DNA of 64,000 nt from an uncultured Actinomycetota bacterium. GTDB lineage: Bacteria; Actinomycetota; Actinomycetes; Propionibacteriales; Nocardioidaceae. Under the pieces are notes generated by a model. The model made no database searches and was not told where the DNA came from. It saw nothing but the letters and a program-made list of their open reading frames with translations. The translations under genes were made by a program, and so were the position numbers. Of this stretch, positions 33,582 through 44,540 are shown in pieces (position 1 is the stretch's first letter; each line of letters opens with the position of its first letter). The stretch is taken from NCBI GenBank assembly GCA_963827435.1, contig CAWHAU010000020.1, positions 89,999-153,998 of the forward strand, given 5' to 3'.

Positions 33582-34093
33582 TGTCCGCCGTACGCGCCTT
33601 CCTGCTCACCGCCGTCGTGCTGCTCGCCGTGGTCCTCCAGGTGTCGGTGTTCTCCGGGCTGTCGTTCGACGGCGTCGTCCCGAACCTCGCGCTCCTCGTC
33701 GTGGTCGCAGCCGCGCTGGTCCGCGGGCCCGAGTTCGCGGCCGTGCTCGGCTTCCTCGGCGGCCTCGCCATCGACCTCGCGCCGCCGACCCAGCACGTGG
33801 CCGGCCGCTGGGCGCTGGCCCTCGTGGTCGTCGGCTACCTGGCCGGCCGGGTCCGTCAGGACGCCGGCACCTCGGCGATCGGCGCGGTCGTCACCGTCGC
33901 CGCCTGCTCGTTCGTCGGCACGTCGGTCTTCGCGCTCAGCGGCATGCTGCTGCACGACCCGGCCATCCCGGTCGGCGAGGCTCTCAAGGTCATCCCGGTC
34001 GCCGTCCTCTACGACGTGCTGGTCACGCCCTTCGTGCTGCCGCTGGTGATGCGGCTGTTCCGCCGGCTGCAGCCCCACCAGGTCGCGTTCTGA
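33581..34093 (+). CDS. mreD: MreD
   Basis: Hydrophobic protein with PNLALLVV and GFLGGLAIDLAPP motifs; operon position. Confidence 0.9.
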   Translation: MSAVRAFLLTAVVLLAVVLQVSVFSGLSFDGVVPNLALLVVVAAALVRGPEFAAVLGFLGGLAIDLAPPTQHVAGRWALALVVVGYLAGRVRQDAGTSAIGAVVTVAACSFVGTSVFALSGMLLHDPAIPVGEALKVIPVAVLYDVLVTPFVLPLVMRLFRRLQPHQVAF

Positions 34094-34111
34094 TGGCGCG
34101 CAAGCCGCGCC

Positions 34112-36244
34112 GTGCGCACGTCCAGCGCGACCAGGGGACGGCTGCGCCTCGTGGTGGTCCAGGCGCTGGTGCTGTCCCTGTTCGTGACGCTCTTCGCGCG
34201 GCTCTGGTACATGCAGGTCCTCGGCGGGGAGGCCTACCAGGCCCAGGCCGCCGAGCAGTCCATCCGCGAGCTCGTCGTGCAGCCGGCCCGCGGCCTGATC
34301 GTCGACGACATGGGCCGCCCCCTGGTCGCCAACCGCACGTCGTGGGTGGTCAGCCTCGACCGGACGATGCTGCACAAGATGAGCGACGACGAGCAGGCCA
34401 CCCTGCTCGGCCGGCTCTCCAAGGCCGTGGACGTGCCGGCCAGGAAGATCGAGGCCCGCACGCTGCTCTGCGGCGAGGCCGGCTCGGTCGCCGGGACCTG
34501 CTGGAACGGCTCGCCCTACCAGCCGGTGCCGGTCGCCGAGGACGTCCGCCAGCAGGTGGCGGTCTCGATCATGGAGCAGCAGGAGGACTTCCCGGCGGTG
34601 CTGGTGGAGTCCCAGAACGTGCGGGCCTACCCGTCGCCGTACGGCATCAACGCCGCCCACGTGCTCGGCTACCTCAGCCCGATCACGGAGGCCGAGCTCG
34701 ACGAGGCCAAGGCCGAGAACGACACCTCGGTGCACGGCGCGTCCGTGGTCGGCCGGGCCGGCCTGGAGAAGGAGTACGACAAGTACCTCCGCGGCCTGCC
34801 GGGCTACAAGCGGGTCACGGTCGACTCGATGGGCCGCGTGCTCGGCGACTCCGGCGAGGTCCAGGGCCGGGCCGGCGACACCCTCGTCACCTCGATCGAC
34901 GCGCGGGTCCAGGCCGTCGTCGAGCAGCAGCTCGAGCAGACCATCAAGACCGCCCGCAAGACCTTCGACAAGGTCACGCACAAGAACTACGTCGCCGACT
35001 CCGGCGCCGTCGTGGTGATGGACGCGAAGAACGGCCGCGTCGTCGCGATGACGGGCGCCCCGACGTACGACCCGAAGGTGTGGGTCGGCGGCATCACGTC
35101 CAAGCAGCTGGGCCGGCTCTACTCCGCCAAGGCCGAGAACCCGCTGCTGTTCCGCGCCACCCAGGGCCAGTTCGCGCCGGGCTCGACGTGGAAGCCGCTG
35201 ATGACGACCGGGGCCCTGAACAACGGCTTCAGCCCGAGCACCCGGCTCGACTGCTCGTCCGGCTTCCAGGTCGGCAACCGCTGGTTCAAGAACTACGAGT
35301 CCGCGTCCTACGGGGTGATCGGCTTCGACCGGGCGCTGCAGATCTCCTGCGACACGTTCTTCTACCGCGTCGGCTACCGCTTCTGGCAGAAGTACGGCAC
35401 CGACGAGGGCGACGTGAACGCCAAGGACCCGCTGGTGAAGACGGCCAAGCTCTACGGCTTCGGCAAGCCCACCGGCATCGACCTCCCCGGCGAGGCCAGC
35501 GGCCGGATCGCCGACCGGCACTGGAAGAAGGCCTACTGGGAGGCCAACAGGAGCTACTACTGCAAGATCGGCAAGAAGCCCGGCAACGACTTCCTGCACG
35601 TCTTCGCCCGCGAGTTCTGCGTCGACGGCTACGCCTACCGCGCCGGTGACGCGGTCAACTACGTGATCGGGCAGGGCGACACGCTCGTCACCCCGCTGCA
35701 GTCGGCCCGGGCGTACGCCGCGCTCGCCAACGGCGGCACGCTCTACGAGCCCCGCGTCGCCAAGGCGATCGTCGGCCCGAACGGCAAGGTGATCCGCGAG
35801 ATCAAGCCGGCCAAGGTCGGCAAGGTCAAGCTCTCCTCGAAGTCGCTGAAGTACGTCGACCAGGCGCTGCTCGGCACCGCCAAGACCGGCACGACGGCCT
35901 GGAAGTTCATCGACTTCCCGCTCGACAAGGTGCGCATCCGCTCCAAGACGGGATCGGCCGAGGTGCACGGCAAGCAGAGCACGTCGTGGGTCGCGTCGTA
36001 CGACAAGAACTACGTGGTCCTGATGATGGTCACCCAGGCCGGCACCGGCTCGGGCACCTCCGGTCCCGCGGTCCGCAAGATCTGGGAGGCGCTCTACGGC
36101 GTCAAGGGCATGAAGGTGAACACCGCCAAGGCCGCGCTGCCCGACGCGAGGACGCCGACCGGGCTGCCGGTCTTCGCCAAGGACGGCGAGATCCTGCCGC
36201 CGGTGACACCGGCCGCCAAGGCAGAGAAGGGGAAGAAGCGATGA
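34112..36244 (+). CDS. mrdA: Penicillin-binding protein 2 (start may be ATG 34093 with an indel)
   Basis: RLWYMQ, PARGLIVD, GRAGLEKEYD, PGSTWK (SxxK), SCD and KTG motifs. Confidence 0.93.
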   Translation: MRTSSATRGRLRLVVVQALVLSLFVTLFARLWYMQVLGGEAYQAQAAEQSIRELVVQPARGLIVDDMGRPLVANRTSWVVSLDRTMLHKMSDDEQATLLGRLSKAVDVPARKIEARTLLCGEAGSVAGTCWNGSPYQPVPVAEDVRQQVAVSIMEQQEDFPAVLVESQNVRAYPSPYGINAAHVLGYLSPITEAELDEAKAENDTSVHGASVVGRAGLEKEYDKYLRGLPGYKRVTVDSMGRVLGDSGEVQGRAGDTLVTSIDARVQAVVEQQLEQTIKTARKTFDKVTHKNYVADSGAVVVMDAKNGRVVAMTGAPTYDPKVWVGGITSKQLGRLYSAKAENPLLFRATQGQFAPGSTWKPLMTTGALNNGFSPSTRLDCSSGFQVGNRWFKNYESASYGVIGFDRALQISCDTFFYRVGYRFWQKYGTDEGDVNAKDPLVKTAKLYGFGKPTGIDLPGEASGRIADRHWKKAYWEANRSYYCKIGKKPGNDFLHVFAREFCVDGYAYRAGDAVNYVIGQGDTLVTPLQSARAYAALANGGTLYEPRVAKAIVGPNGKVIREIKPAKVGKVKLSSKSLKYVDQALLGTAKTGTTAWKFIDFPLDKVRIRSKTGSAEVHGKQSTSWVASYDKNYVVLMMVTQAGTGSGTSGPAVRKIWEALYGVKGMKVNTAKAALPDARTPTGLPVFAKDGEILPPVTPAAKAEKGKKR

Positions 36245-37467
36245 GCGTCGTCGCGGTCCGCCCACGGAGCCCGCGCCCGCAGCGGCAGGCACTGGCCGGC
36301 ACCACCACCCGGGTGAAGGCCGCCCGGCTCGACTGGGTGCTGATGCTGGCCGCCGCCGGGCTGCTCACGGCCGGCGCCCTGCTGGTCTGGTCGGCCACCT
36401 CGTCGCGCGGCGACCTCACCGCCGGCGACCCGGACAGCTACTTCAAGAAGCAGCTGGTGAACATCGCGATCGGGATCGTCCTCGGCGTGATGGTGGCCGC
36501 CACCGACCACCGGTGGGTGCGGATCCTCGCCCCGCTGGTGTACGTCGCCTCGGTGATCGGCCTGGTCCTGGTGCTGATCATGGGCTCGACGATCAACGGG
36601 TCCCGCTCGTGGATCCAGCTCGGCAGCCTGTCCGTGCAGCCGGCCGAGTTCGCCAAGCTCGCCGTGGTCATCGGGATGGCCCTGCTGGTCGCGGAGCGGA
36701 CCGAGGGGTCCCTGCGGACCAAGGAGGTCCGCTCCCTCGACGTCGTCGGCATGCTCGCGATCGCCGGCCTGCCCGCGGCGCTGATCCTGCTGCAGCCCGA
36801 CCTCGGCACCATGCTGGTGCTGTCCGCGACGGTGTTCGGCGTGCTCGCGGTGTCCGGCGCCCGCCGCACCTGGCTGGCCGGGCTGTTCGCCGGCGCCGTC
36901 GTCGCGGCCACCCTCGCGGTGAAGCTGCACGTGCTGAAGGCCTACCAGCTCGACCGGTTCATGGCGTTCACCAACCCCGACCTCGACCCGCGCGGCGCCG
37001 GCTACAACACCACCCAGGCCCGCATCGCGATCGGCAACGGCGGCATCTTCGGCCAGGGTCTGTTCGGCGGCTCGCAGACCAAGTCCGGCTTCGTGCCCGA
37101 GCAGCACACCGACTTCATCTTCACGGTCGCGGGGGAGGAGCTCGGCCTGGTCGGCTCGGCCGCCCTCATCGCGCTGCTGGGCGTGGTGCTCTGGCGGGCG
37201 CTGCGCATCGCCATGCACGCCGACGACCTCTTCGGCCGGGTGGCCGCCGCCGGCATCGCCTGCTGGTTCGGCTTCCAGGCCTTCCAGAACATCGGGATGT
37301 GCCTGGGCATCATGCCGGTGACCGGCGTACCCCTGCCGCTGGTGTCGTACGGCGGCAGCTCGATGTTCGCGAGCCTGATGGCGCTCGGCCTGCTGCAGAA
37401 CATCCACCTGCGCAGCGGCGAGGGCATCGGCGTCGCCCGCTCCCGGATGCAGCGCTCGCGGTTCTGA
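36241..37467 (+). CDS. rodA: SEDS-family peptidoglycan polymerase RodA
   Basis: GSRSWI, QPAEFAK, QPDLGT, PEQHTDFIF and GVPLPLVSYGGSS motifs. Confidence 0.94.
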   Translation: MSVVAVRPRSPRPQRQALAGTTTRVKAARLDWVLMLAAAGLLTAGALLVWSATSSRGDLTAGDPDSYFKKQLVNIAIGIVLGVMVAATDHRWVRILAPLVYVASVIGLVLVLIMGSTINGSRSWIQLGSLSVQPAEFAKLAVVIGMALLVAERTEGSLRTKEVRSLDVVGMLAIAGLPAALILLQPDLGTMLVLSATVFGVLAVSGARRTWLAGLFAGAVVAATLAVKLHVLKAYQLDRFMAFTNPDLDPRGAGYNTTQARIAIGNGGIFGQGLFGGSQTKSGFVPEQHTDFIFTVAGEELGLVGSAALIALLGVVLWRALRIAMHADDLFGRVAAAGIACWFGFQAFQNIGMCLGIMPVTGVPLPLVSYGGSSMFASLMALGLLQNIHLRSGEGIGVARSRMQRSRF

Positions 37468-37533
37468 CCCGCCGGGTGGGCCACCCCGTTCGCGCCATGG
37501 ACGCATCCGGAGGCCACGGAGCAAGGTGACGGC

Positions 37534-38112
37534 ATGGACGTCGAGGAGCTCCACCGCCGCACCGTCGAGATCTGGGCCGAGCGCCTGAGGGCCGTCGAGG
37601 CCGACACCTGGGACCGGCCCACTCCCTGCACCGAGTGGTCCGTGCGCGACCTGGTCAACCACGTGGTCGGCGAGGACGCCTGGACGGTGCCGCTGATGAA
37701 CGGCCGGACCATCGAGGACGTGGGCGACTCGCTCGACGGCGACCTGCTCGGCGACGACCCGATCGGCACGGGCACCCGCTCTGCCGCCGAGGCCGTCACG
37801 TCCGTCGCGGAGCGGTTGCCGGCGGGGGAGCCGGTGCACCTGTCCTACGGCGAGGAGAGCGGCGAGGAGTACGTCCGCCAGCTCGCCGCCGACCACCTCG
37901 TGCACGCCTGGGACCTGGCGGCCGCGACCGGCGGCGACCGCTCCCTCGACCCCGAGCTCGTCGCCGAGGTGGCCACCTGGTTCGCGGAGCGGGAGCAGAT
38001 GTACCGCGACGGCGGCGCCATCGGCCCGCGCGTCGACGCGTCCGGGGACCCGCAGAGCGAGCTGCTCGCCGCGTCCGGGAGGGACCCCGGGTGGACACCG
38101 CCGCAGCCCTGA
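37534..38112 (+). CDS. TIGR03086-family (MDMPI-like) metal-binding protein
   Basis: WDRPTPCTEWSVRDLVNHV and DHLVHAWDLAAATG motifs. Confidence 0.87.
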   Translation: MDVEELHRRTVEIWAERLRAVEADTWDRPTPCTEWSVRDLVNHVVGEDAWTVPLMNGRTIEDVGDSLDGDLLGDDPIGTGTRSAAEAVTSVAERLPAGEPVHLSYGEESGEEYVRQLAADHLVHAWDLAAATGGDRSLDPELVAEVATWFAEREQMYRDGGAIGPRVDASGDPQSELLAASGRDPGWTPPQP

Positions 38113-38447
38113 CCGCGTTCTCGGCGGCGTTCGGGGCCGGCGACGTGGACGCGATCATGGCGCTGATGACCGACGACTGCGTCTTCGAGTCGACCGGCCC
38201 CGCCCCCGACGGCGTACGACGGACCGGGTCGGCCGAGGTGCGCGCGGTCTGGGTGGAGCTGTTCGGCGAGACCCAGGACGCGGCGTTCACCGAGGAGGAG
38301 TCGTTCGTGGCCGGCGACCGCGGGGTGCTGCGCTGGCGGTTCACCTGGACGAACGACGACGGCTCGCCGGGGCACGTCCGCGGCGTCGACGTGCTGCGGT
38401 TCCGGGACGGGCTGGTCGCCGAGAAGCTGTCCTACGTCAAGGGCTGA
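38091..38447 (+). CDS. SnoaL / NTF2-like protein
   Basis: GGAGG RBS then GTG; AFGAGDVDAIMALMTDDCVFE and RGVDVLRFRDGLVAEKLSYVKG. Confidence 0.85.
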   Translation: MDTAAALTAFSAAFGAGDVDAIMALMTDDCVFESTGPAPDGVRRTGSAEVRAVWVELFGETQDAAFTEEESFVAGDRGVLRWRFTWTNDDGSPGHVRGVDVLRFRDGLVAEKLSYVKG

Positions 38448-38528
38448 CCGCGCGGCGTCAGGGTCGGCCCCCCGTCGCATCCGGCCTGTCGGGTTCCCGG
38501 CCGGGTCCGGCTTTGCCAGGATGGGTGC

Positions 38529-38699
38529 ATGAGCGACGAGACCACCGCGACCTCGACCGAGATCGACCCCGTCATCAGCGACGCCGTGCACCACGTGAGC
38601 AACCGCTTCGGCGCCCAGGGGCTCTGCGACCTCATCGCGCTGGCCCGTGAGGAGCTGGCCCGGGCCGAGGCGGCGCTCAAGGAGCTCTCCGACCTCTGA
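38529..38699 (+). CDS. Small hypothetical protein (56 aa, below the ORF-track cutoff)
   Basis: MSDETTATSTEIDPVISDAVHHVSNRFGAQGLCDLIALAREELARAEAALKELSDL; strong GC3 bias; CAGGAT-N6-ATG start. Confidence 0.7.
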   Translation: MSDETTATSTEIDPVISDAVHHVSNRFGAQGLCDLIALAREELARAEAALKELSDL

Positions 38700-38780
38700 G
38701 CACCTCGCGTTTCGGGACCGACCCCGGTCCGTCGTACCCTGGAGCGTCCCCCAACCCTCGCTCCGGAAGGTCGTCCCACC

Positions 38781-40749
<1,969 letters not shown>

Positions 40750-40756
40750 GCCCACT

Positions 40757-40953
40757 CCGACGCTGACTTGGCGCGTCTGGTTGCCGAGCCGACGCTGACT
40801 TGGCGCGTCTGGTTGCCGAGCCGACGCTGACTTGGCGCGTCTGGTTGCCGAGCTGCCGCCGACCTGGCGCACATGGCGACCGTCCCTGCGGACGATTTCG
40901 CCAGACGCGCCAAGTCAGCGTCTGCGGCGCCGCCACATGCGCCAAGTCAGCGT
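40757..40953. repeat. 32-bp tandem/inverted repeat cluster (BIME/REP-like VNTR)
   Basis: Three perfect copies of ccgacgctgacttggcgcgtctggttgccgag (40757, 40789, 40821), a degenerate fourth in register, and two inverted partial copies (40901-40922, 40939-40953). Confidence 0.92.
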
Positions 40954-40971
40954 GAGCCTCGGTGTGGCGTG

Positions 40972-42123
40972 TCAGCCGACGCGGTGGGTGTGGTTGTCCC
41001 AGATGAAGTCGAAGTTCTTCCGGTACTCGTAGTACGCGCCGCGACGCGGGATGTGCATGGTCACCTCGTCGCCGTTGAGGGCGATGTCGGACCAGTTCTG
41101 CGAGCCGGTCCACACGTGCCAGCCGGCCTGCCCGCCGAGGTTGCCGGACAGGATCATGTACTTCTCGTGCGTGTACATGTCGACGGTGCCGTTGTCGTTG
41201 CGGTCGTAGCTCGCGGTGCGGACCCGCACCCCGTTGGCGCGGAGCTTGCCGACGACGTACCCGCCGCCGTCGCTGTGGATCACCCGCACGTCGCAGCCGC
41301 GCTTGGACAGCTGCGCGACCTTGTCGGCCAGGTAGCGGCCGCGCACGCCGTTCCAGCCGTACATCGAGATCCGGATCAGCGTCTTGTCCCCGACACCCGT
41401 GGCGCCGGTGGCGCCGGCGCAGCGCACCTTGTTGAGGCGCCACATGATCGGGTCGTTGCTCGCGGTGGTGTCGTACTTCGGGTAGAAGTTCATGCCGTAG
41501 GACCCGCGCACCGTGGTGGTGCGGTAGGGGTGCGCCATCGCCCGGTCACGCTTCATCTGCTCGAAGATCTTCGCGTAGGCGTCGTACATCGGCTTGTTGG
41601 CGTTGGTGGTGTACATGTCGTTCCACTGGATCTTGACGCCGTTGCCGGTCAGGTTCGCCGAGCCCATCATCGTGGTGTACGTCGTCGTGCCGGTGCGCGT
41701 GAAGAGGTAGAACTTCGAGTGCAGGTTGCCGCGCTTGCCGCGGCAGGCGCTGTTGCAGATCCGCAGGAAGCTGGACTGCGAGATGTCGGAGCCGAGGTTG
41801 CGCTGGATGCGCTTGGTCTGCCGCGACGTGAAGTTGTCGTTGAGCAGCATCTGCACGTTGACGCCACGGTTGTGCGCGTAGATCAGCGCGTCGGCGATGT
41901 CCTTGCGGTCGTTGGAGTACGCCGCGATCTTGATCGTCGAGCCCTTGTGCGCGTGGTTCACGGCGGCGATGAACGTCTTGACCAGACGCTCCTTCGACGA
42001 GGTCTTGCCCCAGGGGTTGTTGAAGTGCGCCCCCGGGTCGGGCTCCCACGCGACAGCCGCGCCTGCGGTGGCGCCGGTCGTGAGCAGGGCGAGCGCCACT
42101 ACGGCGCCGAATCGTCTGAGCAT
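40972..42123 (-). CDS. Secreted phospholipase D / Nuc-like protein
   Basis: Signal peptide (MLRRFGAVVALALL...AVA); two HxK motifs (LHSKFYLF...GSANL and THEKYMIL...GSQNW). Confidence 0.82.
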   Translation of the reverse strand: MLRRFGAVVALALLTTGATAGAAVAWEPDPGAHFNNPWGKTSSKERLVKTFIAAVNHAHKGSTIKIAAYSNDRKDIADALIYAHNRGVNVQMLLNDNFTSRQTKRIQRNLGSDISQSSFLRICNSACRGKRGNLHSKFYLFTRTGTTTYTTMMGSANLTGNGVKIQWNDMYTTNANKPMYDAYAKIFEQMKRDRAMAHPYRTTTVRGSYGMNFYPKYDTTASNDPIMWRLNKVRCAGATGATGVGDKTLIRISMYGWNGVRGRYLADKVAQLSKRGCDVRVIHSDGGGYVVGKLRANGVRVRTASYDRNDNGTVDMYTHEKYMILSGNLGGQAGWHVWTGSQNWSDIALNGDEVTMHIPRRGAYYEYRKNFDFIWDNHTHRVG

Positions 42124-42310
42124 GCGCGGTCTCTTCCGTCTCTGGTTCCCGAGATGCGACCCGGCCACGGGGGCGGATCCACCAGTCAGGCGGGAGGGGC
42201 GTTTCCCGGTGCGCAACGGCACAACGGGAAGCCCGCGTTTTCTTTACTTTGAGCGCACACCGTACGGCACACCGGGGACCGTTCTCGCGCTGGGCGCTGG
42301 CGGACTCCCG

Positions 42311-43522
42311 TCAGCGGCCGATCGCGTCCTCGATGTACGACGGGCGCGCGACCGCCAGACCGGCGACCAGCTGGGGGATCACGAGCACGATCAGACCGAT
42401 GAGCGGGACGGTCCAGCCGCCGGTGAGGTCGTAGACGAAGCCCATCCCGAACGGGCCGATCGCCGCGATCAGGTAGCCCACCGACTGGGTGAACCCGGAC
42501 AGCGCGGCGGTGCCCTCGCTGGTCCGCGCCCGCAGACCGATCAGCGTCAGCACCACCGGGAACACCGATGCCGCGACCCCGATGAGCACCGCCCACAGCC
42601 AGGCGCCGGCGACCGGCGCGACGATCAGGCCGACGTACCCGATCGGGTAGCAGGCGATCAGGCCGACGATCAGCCAGGTCTGGTGCTCCATGTGGGCGGC
42701 CCAGGCGGGCAGCCAGAACGACAGCGGGATGCTCATCGCCGTGATCACGCCGAGCAGCAGGCCTGCGGTGCCGGCGGAGAAGCCGGCGTCGCGGTAGACC
42801 AGCGCGAACCAGCCGAACACCGAGTAGGCCTGCAGCGACTGGAAACCGAAGAACAACGCCATGCCCCACCCGAGCCGGGTGCGGGCGACCGCGCCGAGGG
42901 AGATGTCGCTCGCTGTGCTCTCGGGCGCCTGGTCGTGACGCAGCAGGCCGAACCACGGCAGCGCCGCCACGAGCGCGGTCAGCGCCCAGGCGAACAGGCC
43001 CCACCGCCACGACCCGAAGTGCTCGGACACCGGCACGGTCAGCACCGACGACAGGGTGAGGCCGACCGCGAGCGAGGTCGTGTAGATCGACGTCATCAGC
43101 CCGACCCGGTCGGGGAAGTGCAGCTTGACCAGGGAGGGCAGCAGCACGTTCGCGGTCGCCATGCCGGCGAGCGCGAACAGCGACAGCAGCAGGAACACCG
43201 GAATGTTGGAGGTCTGGGACCGCAGACCCAGCCCGGCGACCACTGACACCAGGGCGATGAGCGTGACCCGGTGCAGCCCGAGCACGCGCGCCAGCCAGGG
43301 CGCGAGGGCGCCGAAGCCGGCGAACGACAGCACCGGCAGGGTGGTGAGCACGCCGGCCGTGGTGCTGCTCATCCCGAGGCCGGTGATGATCTCGTCGAGA
43401 ACCGGCCCGACGGACACCGCAGCGGGCCGCAGGTTGAACGCGAGCACGACGATCCCGATCACGACGAGGATCCGCTCAGCGCGGGTGTCGGTGTGCGGGA
43501 GGGTCTGGTCCGGGGCGATCAC
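42311..43522 (-). CDS. CynX/NimT-family MFS transporter
   Basis: AFNLRPA, LTTLP, NVLLPSLVK.HFP and QSVGYLIAAIGP motifs; about 12 TM segments. Confidence 0.88.
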   Translation of the reverse strand: MIAPDQTLPHTDTRAERILVVIGIVVLAFNLRPAAVSVGPVLDEIITGLGMSSTTAGVLTTLPVLSFAGFGALAPWLARVLGLHRVTLIALVSVVAGLGLRSQTSNIPVFLLLSLFALAGMATANVLLPSLVKLHFPDRVGLMTSIYTTSLAVGLTLSSVLTVPVSEHFGSWRWGLFAWALTALVAALPWFGLLRHDQAPESTASDISLGAVARTRLGWGMALFFGFQSLQAYSVFGWFALVYRDAGFSAGTAGLLLGVITAMSIPLSFWLPAWAAHMEHQTWLIVGLIACYPIGYVGLIVAPVAGAWLWAVLIGVAASVFPVVLTLIGLRARTSEGTAALSGFTQSVGYLIAAIGPFGMGFVYDLTGGWTVPLIGLIVLVIPQLVAGLAVARPSYIEDAIGR

Positions 43523-43574
43523 CGCGACATCCTCCCGTACGGGCCGGACCTGCTCCCGCGGGTAGGGTGCGGCC

Positions 43575-44312
43575 GTGCGCGACCAACCCGAGCAGCAGGC
43601 CCCGCCGGTCCAGCGGCTCCGTGTCCGCTACGCGAAGCGCGGCCGGCTCCGGTTCACCAGCCACCGCGACTTCTCCCGGGCCTTCGAGCGCGCCATCGTC
43701 CGGGCCCGAGTGCCGATGGCCTACTCCTCGGGCTTCAACCCGCACCCCCGGATCTCCTACGCCGGCGCGTCGCCGACCGGTGCCGCGAGCGAGGCGGAGT
43801 ACCTCGAGATCGGGCTGGCCCGCGAGGTCGACCCCGCTCAGGTGCTCTCCGCCCTCGACGAGGCCCTGCCGACGGGGCTCGACGTGCTCGAGGTGGTCGA
43901 GTCGCGCGGAGGGTCGCTGGCCGACCTGCTGGAGGCCAGTGTCTGGCGGATCACCGTGCCGGACCTCGAGCCGGACGACGCCGAGCGGGCCGTCACGGGG
44001 TTCCTGGAGGCCGGCGAAGTGCTGGTCGAGCGGATGACGAAGAAGGGCCTGCGCACCTTCGACTGCCGCGCCGCGGTCGTGTCGATGAGCTCGGCACGGT
44101 CCGGTACGCGTGATTCGTGTGCGATACTCGAAGTGGTCCTACGGCACGGAACCCCGGCCGTGAGACCCGACGACGTCCTCGCCGGACTTCGCAGCCTCTC
44201 CGGGCTCGAGGCCGGGTCCGCTCCGTTGCACGAGCGGCTCGCCCAAGGCCCGCTGGATGCGGAGCACGGCACGGTGGGCGATCCGTTGGCACTCAACCGC
44301 GACACGGCGTGA
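43575..44312 (+). CDS. TIGR03936 radical-SAM-associated protein (DUF2344)
   Basis: RYAKRGRLRFTSHRD..RAFERA, AYSSGFNPHPRIS and SEAEYLE motifs. Confidence 0.9.
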   Translation: MRDQPEQQAPPVQRLRVRYAKRGRLRFTSHRDFSRAFERAIVRARVPMAYSSGFNPHPRISYAGASPTGAASEAEYLEIGLAREVDPAQVLSALDEALPTGLDVLEVVESRGGSLADLLEASVWRITVPDLEPDDAERAVTGFLEAGEVLVERMTKKGLRTFDCRAAVVSMSSARSGTRDSCAILEVVLRHGTPAVRPDDVLAGLRSLSGLEAGSAPLHERLAQGPLDAEHGTVGDPLALNRDTA

Positions 44313-44540
44313 CCGTCGGTGACAGGGACGGTCGTACGACGTCGGTGACCGCGGACAGCGCTGGTGGTCGCCTCTCGACGCTCCGCCGGAGGATGTCGGC
44401 GATGCCCGGCTCGGCGCCACCGCGTCCGTGACGGGCCCACCCGCAGGCTTCGTGCCCGACCGGCCCCGCCCGGTCAGGCGCCGACATCGCTCCCGTGCGG
44501 ACGCCGTGTGTGACGGCGTCCCGGGAGCCTAGGAGAGCAG

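Noticed and set aside
37534-38447. Fusion of the TIGR03086 and SnoaL domains
   Set aside because: The second gene has its own GGAGG RBS and GTG at 38091, so two overlapping genes is the simpler reading.
40757-40852. Possible CRISPR array next to a PLD nuclease gene
   Set aside because: The 32-mers are directly adjacent with no unique spacers, and no cas genes are recognisable.
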